Of a DNA stretch of 64,000 nucleotides, positions 17,848 to 27,844 are shown one piece after another. Under the pieces are notes generated by a model, which saw only the letters and a program-made list of their open reading frames with translations, was not told the origin of the DNA and did not search any database. Positions within the stretch are counted from its first letter, which is position 1. The number at the start of each line of letters is the position of its first letter. A program made the translations under genes and the position numbers. Source of the stretch: a virus; IMG/VR virus record IMGVR_UViG_3300030397_000298. One strand, written 5' to 3'.

Positions 17848-19098
17848 ATGGCATTTACTTTATCGGGAGATTTCGGCGCGGCTACATTCTCTTCATCTAC
17901 AGATGACAGCGGAAGGGTAACTAACCGGTATCTTTCTTTTGACACTGAAGCCGATCTGAATTTCTTCAGACGTGTTTCTATCGTTAAGTCCAGTATTACG
18001 TTAAATTCCTTTGGGTTGTTTAGCTTCCTGGAAGCGGGTAATAACAATAGTGTGAGATTCGCACACCTTACTAAACCTAAGCACCTTTTTTCTAAAAGGA
18101 CTTCAGGCTGTGTATGGTCCCCTAAAGGACGTGTACGTATGGACGTGGACGAAATTACTTTGTGCCCAATCGTTTACAAAGGTCAGCATTGCCCAGATGC
18201 ATTTTTCGGATCTTGTTTAGAAAGATTGTACGGCGTAGGAAATGACAATATTAATGTCTATGCTACACCGGCGGGTGATACAATCATGGGCGAATTGACT
18301 AACCGAATCTTCGAAGCGTTAGGCGATTCACTTTACGAACTTGTTTGGTACGGCCAACATCCTATAATCGATGATGCAGACGCGAACGATTGGCAGGGTG
18401 TGGACGATCAGGAATGGGAAGATTACAAAGATCAGCAAGAAAGTTGCGGTGGTATTCTTACTATTGTCGATTGGTTCAAACAAGATGGATTAACGAACTT
18501 TAATGTTCCTATCCATAAGGAAGATATTTCAGCAGACCGAACCGAATATATCGGGGTAGTTACTGATCTATTTGACAGGGTTCTAAATGCCCAATCTACA
18601 GAAATGAAGATCCTTTCAAAAAGGGGGGATACTACCGGTACCAATTCTGAAGCTGTACTTCTGGTAGATCGAAAGATTTTTACCAAGTATGAAAATGAAT
18701 TGGCTGATCAGTACGTAACGATCCCTGAAATGTTCTACTACCGATATAACGGCCAATTCTGTCAGGCAGTCGGTTGTAATGAGAATGTCCATGTGAAAGG
18801 GACGCTTCGTTATAAAGGTCACCTTATTGTATGTATGGACGAATGGGAAGATTTCGACCATATCACAGGTACAGTTACTTTCAGATGCCTAGCGGTAATT
18901 CCTGGTAACTTTGGTGTAGCTTTTGACGTGCCTTCTTTGACCCAGGGCGGTACCTACGGTCTTAGATTGACACAGCGTCTAGATGATCCCTGGGAAGGTC
19001 AAGTATTCATGTCTACACGTTTCAAAGTTGGAATGGGTGTCATTGAAGAAAAGTACCTAGTAAACGCTTCTAGAACTTTCAGCCCATTAGCGGCCTAG
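17848..19098 (+). CDS. Major capsid protein (HK97 fold)
   Basis: 416 aa after protease/scaffold; VLLVDRKIFTKY...GTLRYKGHLIV A-domain pattern. Confidence 0.8.
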   Translation: MAFTLSGDFGAATFSSSTDDSGRVTNRYLSFDTEADLNFFRRVSIVKSSITLNSFGLFSFLEAGNNNSVRFAHLTKPKHLFSKRTSGCVWSPKGRVRMDVDEITLCPIVYKGQHCPDAFFGSCLERLYGVGNDNINVYATPAGDTIMGELTNRIFEALGDSLYELVWYGQHPIIDDADANDWQGVDDQEWEDYKDQQESCGGILTIVDWFKQDGLTNFNVPIHKEDISADRTEYIGVVTDLFDRVLNAQSTEMKILSKRGDTTGTNSEAVLLVDRKIFTKYENELADQYVTIPEMFYYRYNGQFCQAVGCNENVHVKGTLRYKGHLIVCMDEWEDFDHITGTVTFRCLAVIPGNFGVAFDVPSLTQGGTYGLRLTQRLDDPWEGQVFMSTRFKVGMGVIEEKYLVNASRTFSPLAA

Positions 19099-19131
19099 AA
19101 GCAATTGATTAACCTTTAAAATCATCTATAC

Positions 19132-19704
19132 ATGGGATGCTCATTAAGGTCACTAAATAACGGAACTTGTGTAAACTCTGATGGGGGTATATTCTGCTCT
19201 TACATAATCAATATGGAAGATGTAGCAGATATCATTTTTGATACCGTACCCGCTTCAGGTACATACGGTTGCGTTACTGATATTGTGACAACCGGTACCG
19301 GTCAAGTCTTCCAGTACAAATATGATGACGATGATAGTGCGTTCTACAATCAGAACGGTAATCGTCAGAATAAGAAGCACACAGTTACACAGCAAGCTTT
19401 CTACAAGTTCGCAGGTGTAGATAAGGACAAAGTAGGATTTGCAAACGGCGTAAAAGGATGCTGTGAATTACTTGCTATCCACTGTTCTAATTCAGGTGCT
19501 ATCTATGTACAGGGTGTAGATTTTGACATGGACACTAACGAATGGAAGGTTACTAAGCAGTCAGTGAAAGCTACTGTTAATATCCTTACTGATACAGGGG
19601 CAAACGAAGACAGGGTAGAAATTAATCTTAATTCACTAGGTCGCTGTTTTTCCCCATTGACAACTATGACAGAAGCGGATATTCAAGCAATTGATAATAC
19701 GTAA
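19132..19704 (+). CDS. Major tail tube protein (putative)
   Basis: GGIFCSYIINMEDV...VFQYKY...HTVTQQAFYKF pattern typical of Bacteroidota siphovirus tail tubes. Confidence 0.7.
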   Translation: MGCSLRSLNNGTCVNSDGGIFCSYIINMEDVADIIFDTVPASGTYGCVTDIVTTGTGQVFQYKYDDDDSAFYNQNGNRQNKKHTVTQQAFYKFAGVDKDKVGFANGVKGCCELLAIHCSNSGAIYVQGVDFDMDTNEWKVTKQSVKATVNILTDTGANEDRVEINLNSLGRCFSPLTTMTEADIQAIDNT

Positions 19705-19733
19705 TTTTCTAACCTTTTATAATTTACAATTAC

Positions 19734-20069
19734 ATGGCTACGAAAAAGAAAGCCACACCGGAAACGGATAATCAGTACTTTATAAAAGCACCTTACAACC
19801 AGAAACCCGCACTTCTAGCGCGGGTTTCTGGTGAAAGGGTAAATCTTTTAGGCGAAGAACACACCGTAACTATAAAGGGAACGGGCGGGAAAGCTGATAA
19901 GGAAGTTACCTATAGAGGCGCAACCCAGGCAGAACTAGGATTCTTATATGAAAATATAGAAGTCGTAGGAAACTACCGTAAAATGATTGGTAAACGAATT
20001 GACGCCGAAGAAGCCAAAGCCGAAGCCACAGATAGCACAGGTACGGACGGCACCGGCGGTACAGCATAA
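19734..20069 (+). CDS. Hypothetical structural-module protein
   Basis: ORF with AT-rich leader, low-complexity tail. Confidence 0.7.
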   Translation: MATKKKATPETDNQYFIKAPYNQKPALLARVSGERVNLLGEEHTVTIKGTGGKADKEVTYRGATQAELGFLYENIEVVGNYRKMIGKRIDAEEAKAEATDSTGTDGTGGTA

Positions 20070-20074
20070 CAATC

Positions 20075-21634
20075 ATGGGATTATCTATAGTACAAATTAA
20101 TCCAAAGTTAGAAGGGCGAACTAGATCTAGGAAGGTATTTAATTACAATTTCCTAGATCTAGAAAACCCTATATCTGCACAGATTAGGGATTCTGGAAAG
20201 ATTAAGGAACTTTTCAAAAAGTATTCCTTTATCCCTTATGCTGCTACAGATGAACATACGTGTTATTCACTCCTACCTTTTCTAAATTCCATGAAGGATT
20301 TAGCCCCTACTGTGGGTGCCTGTTACAATGGAATTAAAACCTTCGCCCTGGGTAAGTTCGATGTAGAAATAGCTTCTGATCCTGATTTCGATTTCGGCGA
20401 AGATCCCGACCAAGAACCATTAACGAGACAAGACAAAAACCTATTTAAGGAATATCTGAAAACGGAAATCACAGTAGAAGGCGGCTACGTCAAACTAGGT
20501 GAATGTATGTTTGAAGATCTATTTAATAATGGGAACTATTTTATAGAAGTAGTCCTAACAGAAACAGCCGGTAGGCGTACCGGTGCTATTCATTTTCACC
20601 CTGTAGATAATTGCCTGTATTGGGCTACTTTGAAAGGTAAGCCTAGGGCAGTGGCCGTATCGCCGGTATTCGAACATGACTACATCAGGAAGCACGGCCT
20701 TACTACTCTTCCGGTAAATGGAAATTTTGTAAAAGTAGGTAACACTTTCAGAACCCTACTTCATTGTGTGAATGGTAAATACAATTGGTACGGGCGTCCT
20801 ATGTGGGTGGGTTCCTGGTTTCCTGCTTTCAGACAGTACCAGGATTTGACACACCTAATTAAACGTGCTTCTAAACAGTGGATGGCTGAAGTGTTTGTAG
20901 AAATGGAAGCGGGGGATTCAGAATTTGAAGATCCATTCGATGAAGAGGGCGCTAGAGAAGCGGGGTACCAAAATTCTACCCATAGGGCGATAGATAACTA
21001 TACTGCTAATACTGATGAATATTCCCCACTATGGGAGTCTACAAGACCCCCAGGGGCAGGACCGGCGTTCATACATGAGTTTAACCCTAACTATAATGAA
21101 AACTTCTTCAAAGAACAAAGACTAGCCAATAGGCAGGACATCATAGAAAATATGGGGTGGTCTGAAAGATTGTTAGGTAGTGCAGTATCCGAAGGTATCG
21201 GATCTGATGCCTTCATGTCAGATCTGAAGACTACTGATCATACGATACTACAGGCCTATAGGGAAAAGATTCTATTTGGGATCAATTGGGCTAAGAATAT
21301 CATAGTAGAATGGACCGGACATAATGAGTTCAGGGAACGTAATTTGAAGTACAGTACAGTAGTTCAGAAAATAGCACAGGGCGGCGATAAGAAAGGCCTG
21401 AAGGAACTTTTAGATTCTGTGGGGGTTGCTGTTCGTGCAGGTGTATTTACGCCTACTGAAGAAGATGAAAAGCGTGTACGTGAATTATTCGATCTACCAG
21501 GTGATGAAAATGTAACTAAGGCCTGGTTAGAAGATGAAGGATTCAGATTACCAATTACCCTGAAGGGATCTGATGAAAGCGAAGGACAGGCAGCACTAGA
21601 ATTAGAAACAGCTAAAACCGAAGGGGCAGAATGA
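20075..21634 (+). CDS. Portal protein
   Basis: 519 aa; DLFNNGNYFIEVV clip region, KYNWYGRPMW, DIIENMGWSERLLG. Confidence 0.78.
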   Translation: MGLSIVQINPKLEGRTRSRKVFNYNFLDLENPISAQIRDSGKIKELFKKYSFIPYAATDEHTCYSLLPFLNSMKDLAPTVGACYNGIKTFALGKFDVEIASDPDFDFGEDPDQEPLTRQDKNLFKEYLKTEITVEGGYVKLGECMFEDLFNNGNYFIEVVLTETAGRRTGAIHFHPVDNCLYWATLKGKPRAVAVSPVFEHDYIRKHGLTTLPVNGNFVKVGNTFRTLLHCVNGKYNWYGRPMWVGSWFPAFRQYQDLTHLIKRASKQWMAEVFVEMEAGDSEFEDPFDEEGAREAGYQNSTHRAIDNYTANTDEYSPLWESTRPPGAGPAFIHEFNPNYNENFFKEQRLANRQDIIENMGWSERLLGSAVSEGIGSDAFMSDLKTTDHTILQAYREKILFGINWAKNIIVEWTGHNEFRERNLKYSTVVQKIAQGGDKKGLKELLDSVGVAVRAGVFTPTEEDEKRVRELFDLPGDENVTKAWLEDEGFRLPITLKGSDESEGQAALELETAKTEGAE

Positions 21635-22320
21635 GTACTATTATAACATCATATGAGATTGTAAAGTACGGTCCTGGTAGGGAAAATTACCCTACTCGCT
21701 TTCTGTGTAATCACATTAAGAAGGAAGAGCTATTACACTTTTCGAAGTGCTATCTAGGGTTAGATTTCAGGGATGCCCTGATAGATGATCTTACTATACC
21801 TGATCCTGAAGCTATACCGAAGTGGTCCGCTAGTCAGTCAGGCGGCTATAACATCGATGACATAGTATGTTATGATGGGTGCCCGTTCATTTCTTTGACA
21901 GACGGTAATACAGATTCACCGGACGATACTAATAATTGGGCAATTCCTGATAAGTTCGTGAACCCGCTTTATAATGGGTTGTGGCATGACGGGTGCCTGA
22001 AGCATTGGTTAGCGTTTTGTGTGTACCATACTTCAGTTAAATATTCTACTTACGATATTGGAGCCAAAGGAATAACCAGGCTGAAGGATGACGAAACCGG
22101 AATAGAAACAGTAGACTTAAAAACCTTCCATTCGGTCAAGTCTGAAATAAAAGATGATGCTGAAGATTATCTATGGTTAATGTATGAGTACATGAAAAGA
22201 AAGCATGATCAGGATAGTGAAAATTTTTCCTTCATGACTACGGTTCTAGATCCCTGTGGAAAGACAAAATGTATCGAGCCAAAAAGAAACAGACAGAAGA
22301 GAAGTAAGTATTTGAAATGA
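21631..22320 (+). CDS. Head-tail adaptor with inserted CBM5/12-like module
   Basis: Follows portal; insert WSASQSGGYNIDDIVCYDGCPFISLTDGNTDSPDDTNNW. Confidence 0.6.
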   Translation: MSTIITSYEIVKYGPGRENYPTRFLCNHIKKEELLHFSKCYLGLDFRDALIDDLTIPDPEAIPKWSASQSGGYNIDDIVCYDGCPFISLTDGNTDSPDDTNNWAIPDKFVNPLYNGLWHDGCLKHWLAFCVYHTSVKYSTYDIGAKGITRLKDDETGIETVDLKTFHSVKSEIKDDAEDYLWLMYEYMKRKHDQDSENFSFMTTVLDPCGKTKCIEPKRNRQKRSKYLK

Positions 22321-22769
22321 TTAAGACGTTAAAAATATTCAAAGATCTTTTTATAGAAAAGACTATTACAGTTTTACTATTAGAAGAACCTATGGTAGAT
22401 CAGTTTGCTACCCAGGAAGTCCAGGACGAAGCTAGGACCGCTGTAGCTAGAAGGCTGATGAAATGCCAGGGCTGCCCATTTTATAACATGGCTAAAGATA
22501 AGTGCGCTAATTGCGGCTGCTTCATGAAAATTAAAACAGGCTTTTTGAAAAACCATAACCCTAAGAAATTAGGAAGAACTGAAATTACACACTGTCCCCT
22601 AGGTCAATGGATAGAAGGGGAATTAGAAATAGTAAACGAATATAGAAAATTAGATAAGCTGCCTTTGTATAGTTTGGGATTGGTAACCCAGGCGCTAGAA
22701 GAAGGACAGCTTAGAAAAGATTTGAATTTGTCGATAGTGCCAGCGGACGAATTATTATTTATTAATTAA
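22317..22769 (+). CDS. DUF6171-like Cys-rich zinc-binding protein
   Basis: RRLMKCQGCPF...CANCGCFMKIKT...HCPLGQW. Confidence 0.7.
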   Translation: MIKTLKIFKDLFIEKTITVLLLEEPMVDQFATQEVQDEARTAVARRLMKCQGCPFYNMAKDKCANCGCFMKIKTGFLKNHNPKKLGRTEITHCPLGQWIEGELEIVNEYRKLDKLPLYSLGLVTQALEEGQLRKDLNLSIVPADELLFIN

Positions 22770-22781
22770 AATTTCAAAATT

Positions 22782-23474
22782 ATGTCAGTACGAAAGTACC
22801 TTAATCCAGAAGCGGCGCGGACTAATACAATAGTCGGCCACACTAGCAAAAGCGGTTGCTGTGAAGGCGACATCGAATTTTGCAAGTATTCCTATGAAGG
22901 CGCAATTACCAACGTCACAGGATTCACTTTGAAAGTAGGTGAAGATTTGATAGCGGTTACGTTTCCTTCTGTTTCCACACCTAGGGACATCAGAAAGGCT
23001 ATCCAGGATGCCTTAGATGCCAATGGCTACGATCCTTTCTACGAGGACGATTGGCGGGGTGTTCGTGTAAGTGCTACTGAAATCTGTGTAGTAGGCGAAG
23101 CCGAAATAACAGAATTTCAAATAGACGGCGAACCACAGGAAGCAGAAAAGAGATGTAACACCGGTGCAGTTTGTGAATGGACAGGCGAAGCAGATTTTTC
23201 TACTACGTTTGATTTATCTACCGGTGGTGCTTCATCAGAAACCATTACCGTACCGGCGGGCGGTGCAGCTAATACATTCCAGACTAATCTAGAAGATGGA
23301 TTAGGTAACTTGAATGTAGAATTTAAGTCTGTGGTAGTTACCGAAGATGCAGGGGCAGGAACCTACAAATACACTATATCAGTGTATGGTAGCGTCGAGC
23401 TTTACGCAGACGGTGTATCATTGACGTTCTGTAAGTGCTATCCTGATTTCGTCCCTAACGAAGAGTCGGAATAA
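22782..23474 (+). CDS. Putative structural protein (beta-rich, Cys-rich)
   Basis: Composition and position; 8 Cys. Confidence 0.6.
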   Translation: MSVRKYLNPEAARTNTIVGHTSKSGCCEGDIEFCKYSYEGAITNVTGFTLKVGEDLIAVTFPSVSTPRDIRKAIQDALDANGYDPFYEDDWRGVRVSATEICVVGEAEITEFQIDGEPQEAEKRCNTGAVCEWTGEADFSTTFDLSTGGASSETITVPAGGAANTFQTNLEDGLGNLNVEFKSVVVTEDAGAGTYKYTISVYGSVELYADGVSLTFCKCYPDFVPNEESE

Positions 23475-23999
23475 TTGGCAGCCTTTAGACTAGATATTAT
23501 AGATTGTGTTATCAGAGCTACTAGACGATGCTCTGATAACACAGTTTTTACGTTTACGGAAATCCTAAACGCTAGCCCTAATCATATTACATTGAAGGGG
23601 GATAGAATAGTACGGCTTCCGTTATCCCAGGTTACGTATCCTAAAGACCTGGTAGGTTTCTTCGATGCATGGAAAAATGAATGTGATTGCTGTACTTCGG
23701 GTGGTAGTACTGTACCGGTCATATTTGAAGATTCAATTTTATCTACCGCCTTTCCTTTGGTATTTCCGGTAGATACCAATAAGGTATTTTTAGATGTGGA
23801 CACCACATCAGGAAGTGTAGACATTTCGAGCTACGCACCTACCGGAATGGTACCAGGTACCGTATTCACAATTAGAAAAACTGATACTAGTCAGAATATC
23901 ATACAATTCAATGACGGGGTAATAGATTATACTTTTGTGGATCGTCCAGGTGATCATATTTGTCTATATTGGACAGGAACAAATTTCAGAGTAATCTAA
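23475..23999 (+). CDS. Putative fibre/decoration protein; C-terminal domain paralogous to 24010-24345
   Basis: TDTSQNIIQFNDGVIDYTFVDRPGDHICLYWTGTNFRV; TTG start uncertain. Confidence 0.6.
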   Translation: MAAFRLDIIDCVIRATRRCSDNTVFTFTEILNASPNHITLKGDRIVRLPLSQVTYPKDLVGFFDAWKNECDCCTSGGSTVPVIFEDSILSTAFPLVFPVDTNKVFLDVDTTSGSVDISSYAPTGMVPGTVFTIRKTDTSQNIIQFNDGVIDYTFVDRPGDHICLYWTGTNFRVI

Positions 24000-24009
24000 A
24001 AAACAAATC

Positions 24010-24345
24010 ATGAGTTTAGACATTGATACTACCAACAAATCGGGATGTATTACAGCCGGTACTTTTGCGGCGGGATTGACAGCGTGGCCTACTACGGTTC
24101 AGCTAGATATGACCAATGATAATGAAGCACGGGTTTATATTGATACTTCCGGTGGGGATGTCACATTAACCCCCGTAGCCAATCCAGGATTAGCCGAAGG
24201 TGACAAAATGCTATTTGTAAAGACTACCACAGATGGGAATAGAATTGTATTCACAGACCCAGACGGTGTTACTTACAATTTTGTGGACAGACAATCAGAA
24301 TATATCTGTTTGAAATATGACGGTACCGATTGGTGGGTATCTTAA
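24010..24345 (+). CDS. Putative fibre domain protein
   Basis: TTDGNRIVFTDPDGVTYNFVDRQSEYICLKYDGTDWWV. Confidence 0.65.
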   Translation: MSLDIDTTNKSGCITAGTFAAGLTAWPTTVQLDMTNDNEARVYIDTSGGDVTLTPVANPGLAEGDKMLFVKTTTDGNRIVFTDPDGVTYNFVDRQSEYICLKYDGTDWWVS

Positions 24346-24353
24346 ATTACAAT

Positions 24354-24857
24354 ATGAAGCGGCTACTTAGAATAATATTTTTCTTTTGGGACTTCGGGCC
24401 TGAACCCGATAAAGGGGTAGTAGCCCCTTCTAATTCTTTGGACATGTCCGAACCAGGCGGCGTAGACTTGGAAAGACAATTTGAAGAAATTCTAACTACT
24501 CAAAATACTACCGCCGCTAGTGCTACTAGACATAACTTCGGTTTTACTGTGGTAGGTGCCGGTAATTGGAAAATAGAAATTACCTATGATTGGTCACATA
24601 ATTCACCTACCAATGATTTTACTGCACAGATGTTGATAGATGGGGTGGCTTCCTGGGATCATCAGCAGGAACCTAAAGACGCGGCGGGTGGTAGTATAAA
24701 TGGTTCTGGTACCAATCAAAGACACCCCGCACATATCAGAAGGGTAGTTTCATTGACAGCGGGGGCACACAATGTAACTTTGAATTTTGGAACTTCAGTA
24801 TTAGGTGTAATAAGCACTATTCACAGATCTGTATTAACCGTAGAAAGATTTAACTAA
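24354..24857 (+). CDS. Beta-sandwich (fibre tip-like) protein with hydrophobic N-terminus and VVAPSN motif
   Basis: Start moved to ATG 24354 (MKRLLRIIFFFWDFG); C-terminal VVSLTAGAHNVTLNF...VLTVERF. Confidence 0.65.
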   Translation: MKRLLRIIFFFWDFGPEPDKGVVAPSNSLDMSEPGGVDLERQFEEILTTQNTTAASATRHNFGFTVVGAGNWKIEITYDWSHNSPTNDFTAQMLIDGVASWDHQQEPKDAAGGSINGSGTNQRHPAHIRRVVSLTAGAHNVTLNFGTSVLGVISTIHRSVLTVERFN

Positions 24858-25567
24858 TGATCCTACAGGCATTAAGAAATGAAGTAATAGCCCAATCGTC
24901 ACAGGCGGTATGGGATGATATTTGTCAGAATGCTTCAGACACATTAATGTGTATTGCTTGTGGTGGTAGTTCAGACCCTTTTAAAAACCACTGCACAGAA
25001 CATCTAACCGAATATGGAATAAACCCTACTCAAATTCAGGGCTTCATAGATGCCATAGATAACTATACCCATATCATTACAAATTCAGGTAGATTCTACC
25101 TTTATGAAAATAATAGGTGGGTAACTGATAGTGATGATAGCTACGGTAGTAATTATCATCAGATGAATGAAAACGGCGGTACGGGATCTATACCGGTTGC
25201 TGAATGGGAGCATCTAGGAATTATTGTAAATAAGGGTGACATAATTAAAGAATTGAAATTTGTCTGTAGGACTAATTCTAATGAAGTTACTGATATAGAG
25301 TTTTACATAGTTAATAGAGTTCCTACACCTATCACTAGATGGGAAACAGGATTAGATAATGATTCTGAAGATGTGTCTACGCCTATCTTCCAGGGGAATT
25401 TTGTTATACCTGGAATGTCTGGAAACATGACTGACATTAGAAGGCGAATCATGGATATTAATTTTCAAATTCCTGAAGATTCTTTTTTATCTATTTATTT
25501 ACGACCGGTAGGGGATCTAGACGATACTAGATATTTATACGCTACCTGGAAATGGACAATACAATGA
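24857..25567 (+). CDS. Putative fibre-associated structural protein
   Basis: Beta-rich C-terminal domain; position among fibre-like genes. Confidence 0.55.
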   Translation: MILQALRNEVIAQSSQAVWDDICQNASDTLMCIACGGSSDPFKNHCTEHLTEYGINPTQIQGFIDAIDNYTHIITNSGRFYLYENNRWVTDSDDSYGSNYHQMNENGGTGSIPVAEWEHLGIIVNKGDIIKELKFVCRTNSNEVTDIEFYIVNRVPTPITRWETGLDNDSEDVSTPIFQGNFVIPGMSGNMTDIRRRIMDINFQIPEDSFLSIYLRPVGDLDDTRYLYATWKWTIQ

Positions 25568-26145
25568 CAGAAGGAATTACATATAATCATGATATAAAAG
25601 ACTTAGTAGTATATCCAATATTGGAACATTTTCCAGTAATGCCAATGATACCACATTTTGATTTTACTACTATTGGTCTTAGAACGGAAACACCCACTTT
25701 CACAATTAAAGGGGTGAAGGAAACAGCTACTTATACTTATAATAGTGTTCTAGCTGTAAACAAAATTTTCAATTATAATGGTACGGGCCTGTGGCTTACT
25801 TTCCAATGGATGACTAATAGTCAGGAAGTAGGAATAAAGAAGATAGAATTTAAGCCTTTGAATGTAGTTGAAATTGCAAAGATTGAAAAGAAGAACAGGG
25901 ATAGAAGTATTACTTATTTACAAGCGGCTGCAATTGGAACGCCCATAGAACCGCATGTAAATACGATCCTTAAGCATTATAAATATGAAGTAGAACTATT
26001 TATACAGAATGGTACTTCAGATTTTGAAGATGCTATTAATGCAGAAACTAACCCCGCTATAGTTCCACTTTTAGATATCGTAGTAGGAGTTCACCCAGAC
26101 GGCGCACCATTGAAAGTTAAAGATTCTATTTTGATGCGATTATGA
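25552..26145 (+). CDS. Putative fibre assembly/accessory protein
   Basis: Position; helical C-terminus RDRSITYLQAAA. Confidence 0.5.
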   Translation: MDNTMTEGITYNHDIKDLVVYPILEHFPVMPMIPHFDFTTIGLRTETPTFTIKGVKETATYTYNSVLAVNKIFNYNGTGLWLTFQWMTNSQEVGIKKIEFKPLNVVEIAKIEKKNRDRSITYLQAAAIGTPIEPHVNTILKHYKYEVELFIQNGTSDFEDAINAETNPAIVPLLDIVVGVHPDGAPLKVKDSILMRL

Positions 26146-26675
26146 TTAAGCTATCTAACATAGATTATAGACTTTCGAAAGGGGGTGTAATTGTAAATGA
26201 TCTTATTTATGACGGTAAGGCTTTTGAAAAGTATACTATCTATAAAGATCTACCGGTAGAACTTTCTTCAGGTGAAGTAATTATAATCCCTAAAGGATTT
26301 AAACATGACAAAAATTCAATTTTGAAAGTCATAGCACCCATACTATTTTTAATATCATTCCTGATAATTTTGAACAGTATAAAGCCTGTCATGATTCTAA
26401 GTATAACTTATGGAATTTTGGTAGTACTGATGGGTATTCTTTTATATCGGGCTTATGGAACTTCAGATATAGCCGCTATCATTCATGATTATTTGTACAG
26501 TAGGGGGTATAGGGATAATTCCCGTATGCATCGACTAGCTAGGAATAAGAGATACCAGGCAGACAAAGAATTTTATTTATGGCTGAAAGCCACACATAAT
26601 ACAAACTTACTTAATCGAATTTCTATTTATCTGATGTACCTAGGTGTTAGGTCTGTAGGATGGATAGTATACTAA
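26142..26675 (+). CDS. DUF1353-like protein with inserted TM segment
   Basis: IIIPKGFKHD..SI; AAIIHDYLY; RYQADKEFY; MYLGVRSVG. Confidence 0.8.
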   Translation: MIKLSNIDYRLSKGGVIVNDLIYDGKAFEKYTIYKDLPVELSSGEVIIIPKGFKHDKNSILKVIAPILFLISFLIILNSIKPVMILSITYGILVVLMGILLYRAYGTSDIAAIIHDYLYSRGYRDNSRMHRLARNKRYQADKEFYLWLKATHNTNLLNRISIYLMYLGVRSVGWIVY

Positions 26676-26686
26676 ATTTTAGAAAG

Positions 26687-27841
26687 ATGAAAAATCTAAT
26701 TTACATACTGTTTATAATTGGCTTCATGGTTTCATGTAGTCCAGGGGAAGCCCCTACAAATGAAAGTTCAGTAGAAGCTTTTGCACCTAGTGAACTATCG
26801 GGTACAGCTAGATTAACCTGCTATTCGTGTACTTCAGAACGTGACATTAAATGTACAGGCTGTGGTGTAGCCGGTAAGAGTCTTAACGGTGTCCTATTGG
26901 ACTTCAGCAATAAGAAGGATGTATTTCTATACGACCCTGTAAAGATCAGCTATCAAAGTAGCTATTTGATTATGGAAGACCCTTACGGTACTACAGTACA
27001 GGCTAGACTATCGCAGCTTCGCGGGATGTCATCAGTAGATGAAGTAATACAATTTTTCCAGGGTTGTAATTGCGGCGGTGCCGGTACTGAAGAAGACTTA
27101 ATAGCCTTAGCAGCTTTAGCAGATACAGCTAGTAATATTAGGACAGATATTTCTATAGGCTTTACTGATCTACGGGTAGAAATGTTGGATTCTATGATGT
27201 CTAAAGAGATCTATCTAGATTCGGTTTACCTGGATAGTGATACAGTAGAATTTAAGATGAATAATGATACCATTCATAAGCTGCTTTTTGATTGTATCGA
27301 TACCTATATAGATACCGGCTATTTTGAAAATGATACCCTAGTATTGAATTTGAATAATGGGGATAGTTTAGAAATTGAAATACCTTCTACCCCACCCGTT
27401 ACCCAGGGTGCTATAATGAAGCGGGATAATTCAGGACAGACATTAAATTTTACAGGTAATAATATTGTAGATTTCCAGGATATAGTATCTGATACTTATA
27501 CATCCCCAGGTGCGGGGGCTAATACTACTACTGATGAAATTGTAATTAATGAAGAAGGGTTTTACGGCGTATTTGCTAGAATGGATCTTTCTAATACGGG
27601 TGCTTTAGGACAAATCACTATCATAGGATTACCGGTAACGCCTATTACAAATCATGATATTAGAAATGTAAGTAACCCAGATGCTACGGGATCTTTGATT
27701 ACTTATAGTGTAGAAATAAGTGCTTACGTTTATTTACAGGCGGGTGATACAGCAAATCTTCAGGTATTAATAACTTTCGGACCAGGGGCCACAGGATCTA
27801 ATAGCGGTGGTGAAGCTGCCCTTTCCGTTATAAAATTATAA
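26687..27841 (+). CDS. Lipoprotein with fibre-like repeats and C-terminal C1q/BclA-like domain
   Basis: Start moved to ATG 26687; lipobox MVS|C17; DTYIDTGYFENDTLVLNLNNG repeat; C-terminal IVINEEGFYGVFARM...YVYLQAGDTANL. Confidence 0.75.
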   Translation: MKNLIYILFIIGFMVSCSPGEAPTNESSVEAFAPSELSGTARLTCYSCTSERDIKCTGCGVAGKSLNGVLLDFSNKKDVFLYDPVKISYQSSYLIMEDPYGTTVQARLSQLRGMSSVDEVIQFFQGCNCGGAGTEEDLIALAALADTASNIRTDISIGFTDLRVEMLDSMMSKEIYLDSVYLDSDTVEFKMNNDTIHKLLFDCIDTYIDTGYFENDTLVLNLNNGDSLEIEIPSTPPVTQGAIMKRDNSGQTLNFTGNNIVDFQDIVSDTYTSPGAGANTTTDEIVINEEGFYGVFARMDLSNTGALGQITIIGLPVTPITNHDIRNVSNPDATGSLITYSVEISAYVYLQAGDTANLQVLITFGPGATGSNSGGEAALSVIKL

Positions 27842-27844
27842 GTG

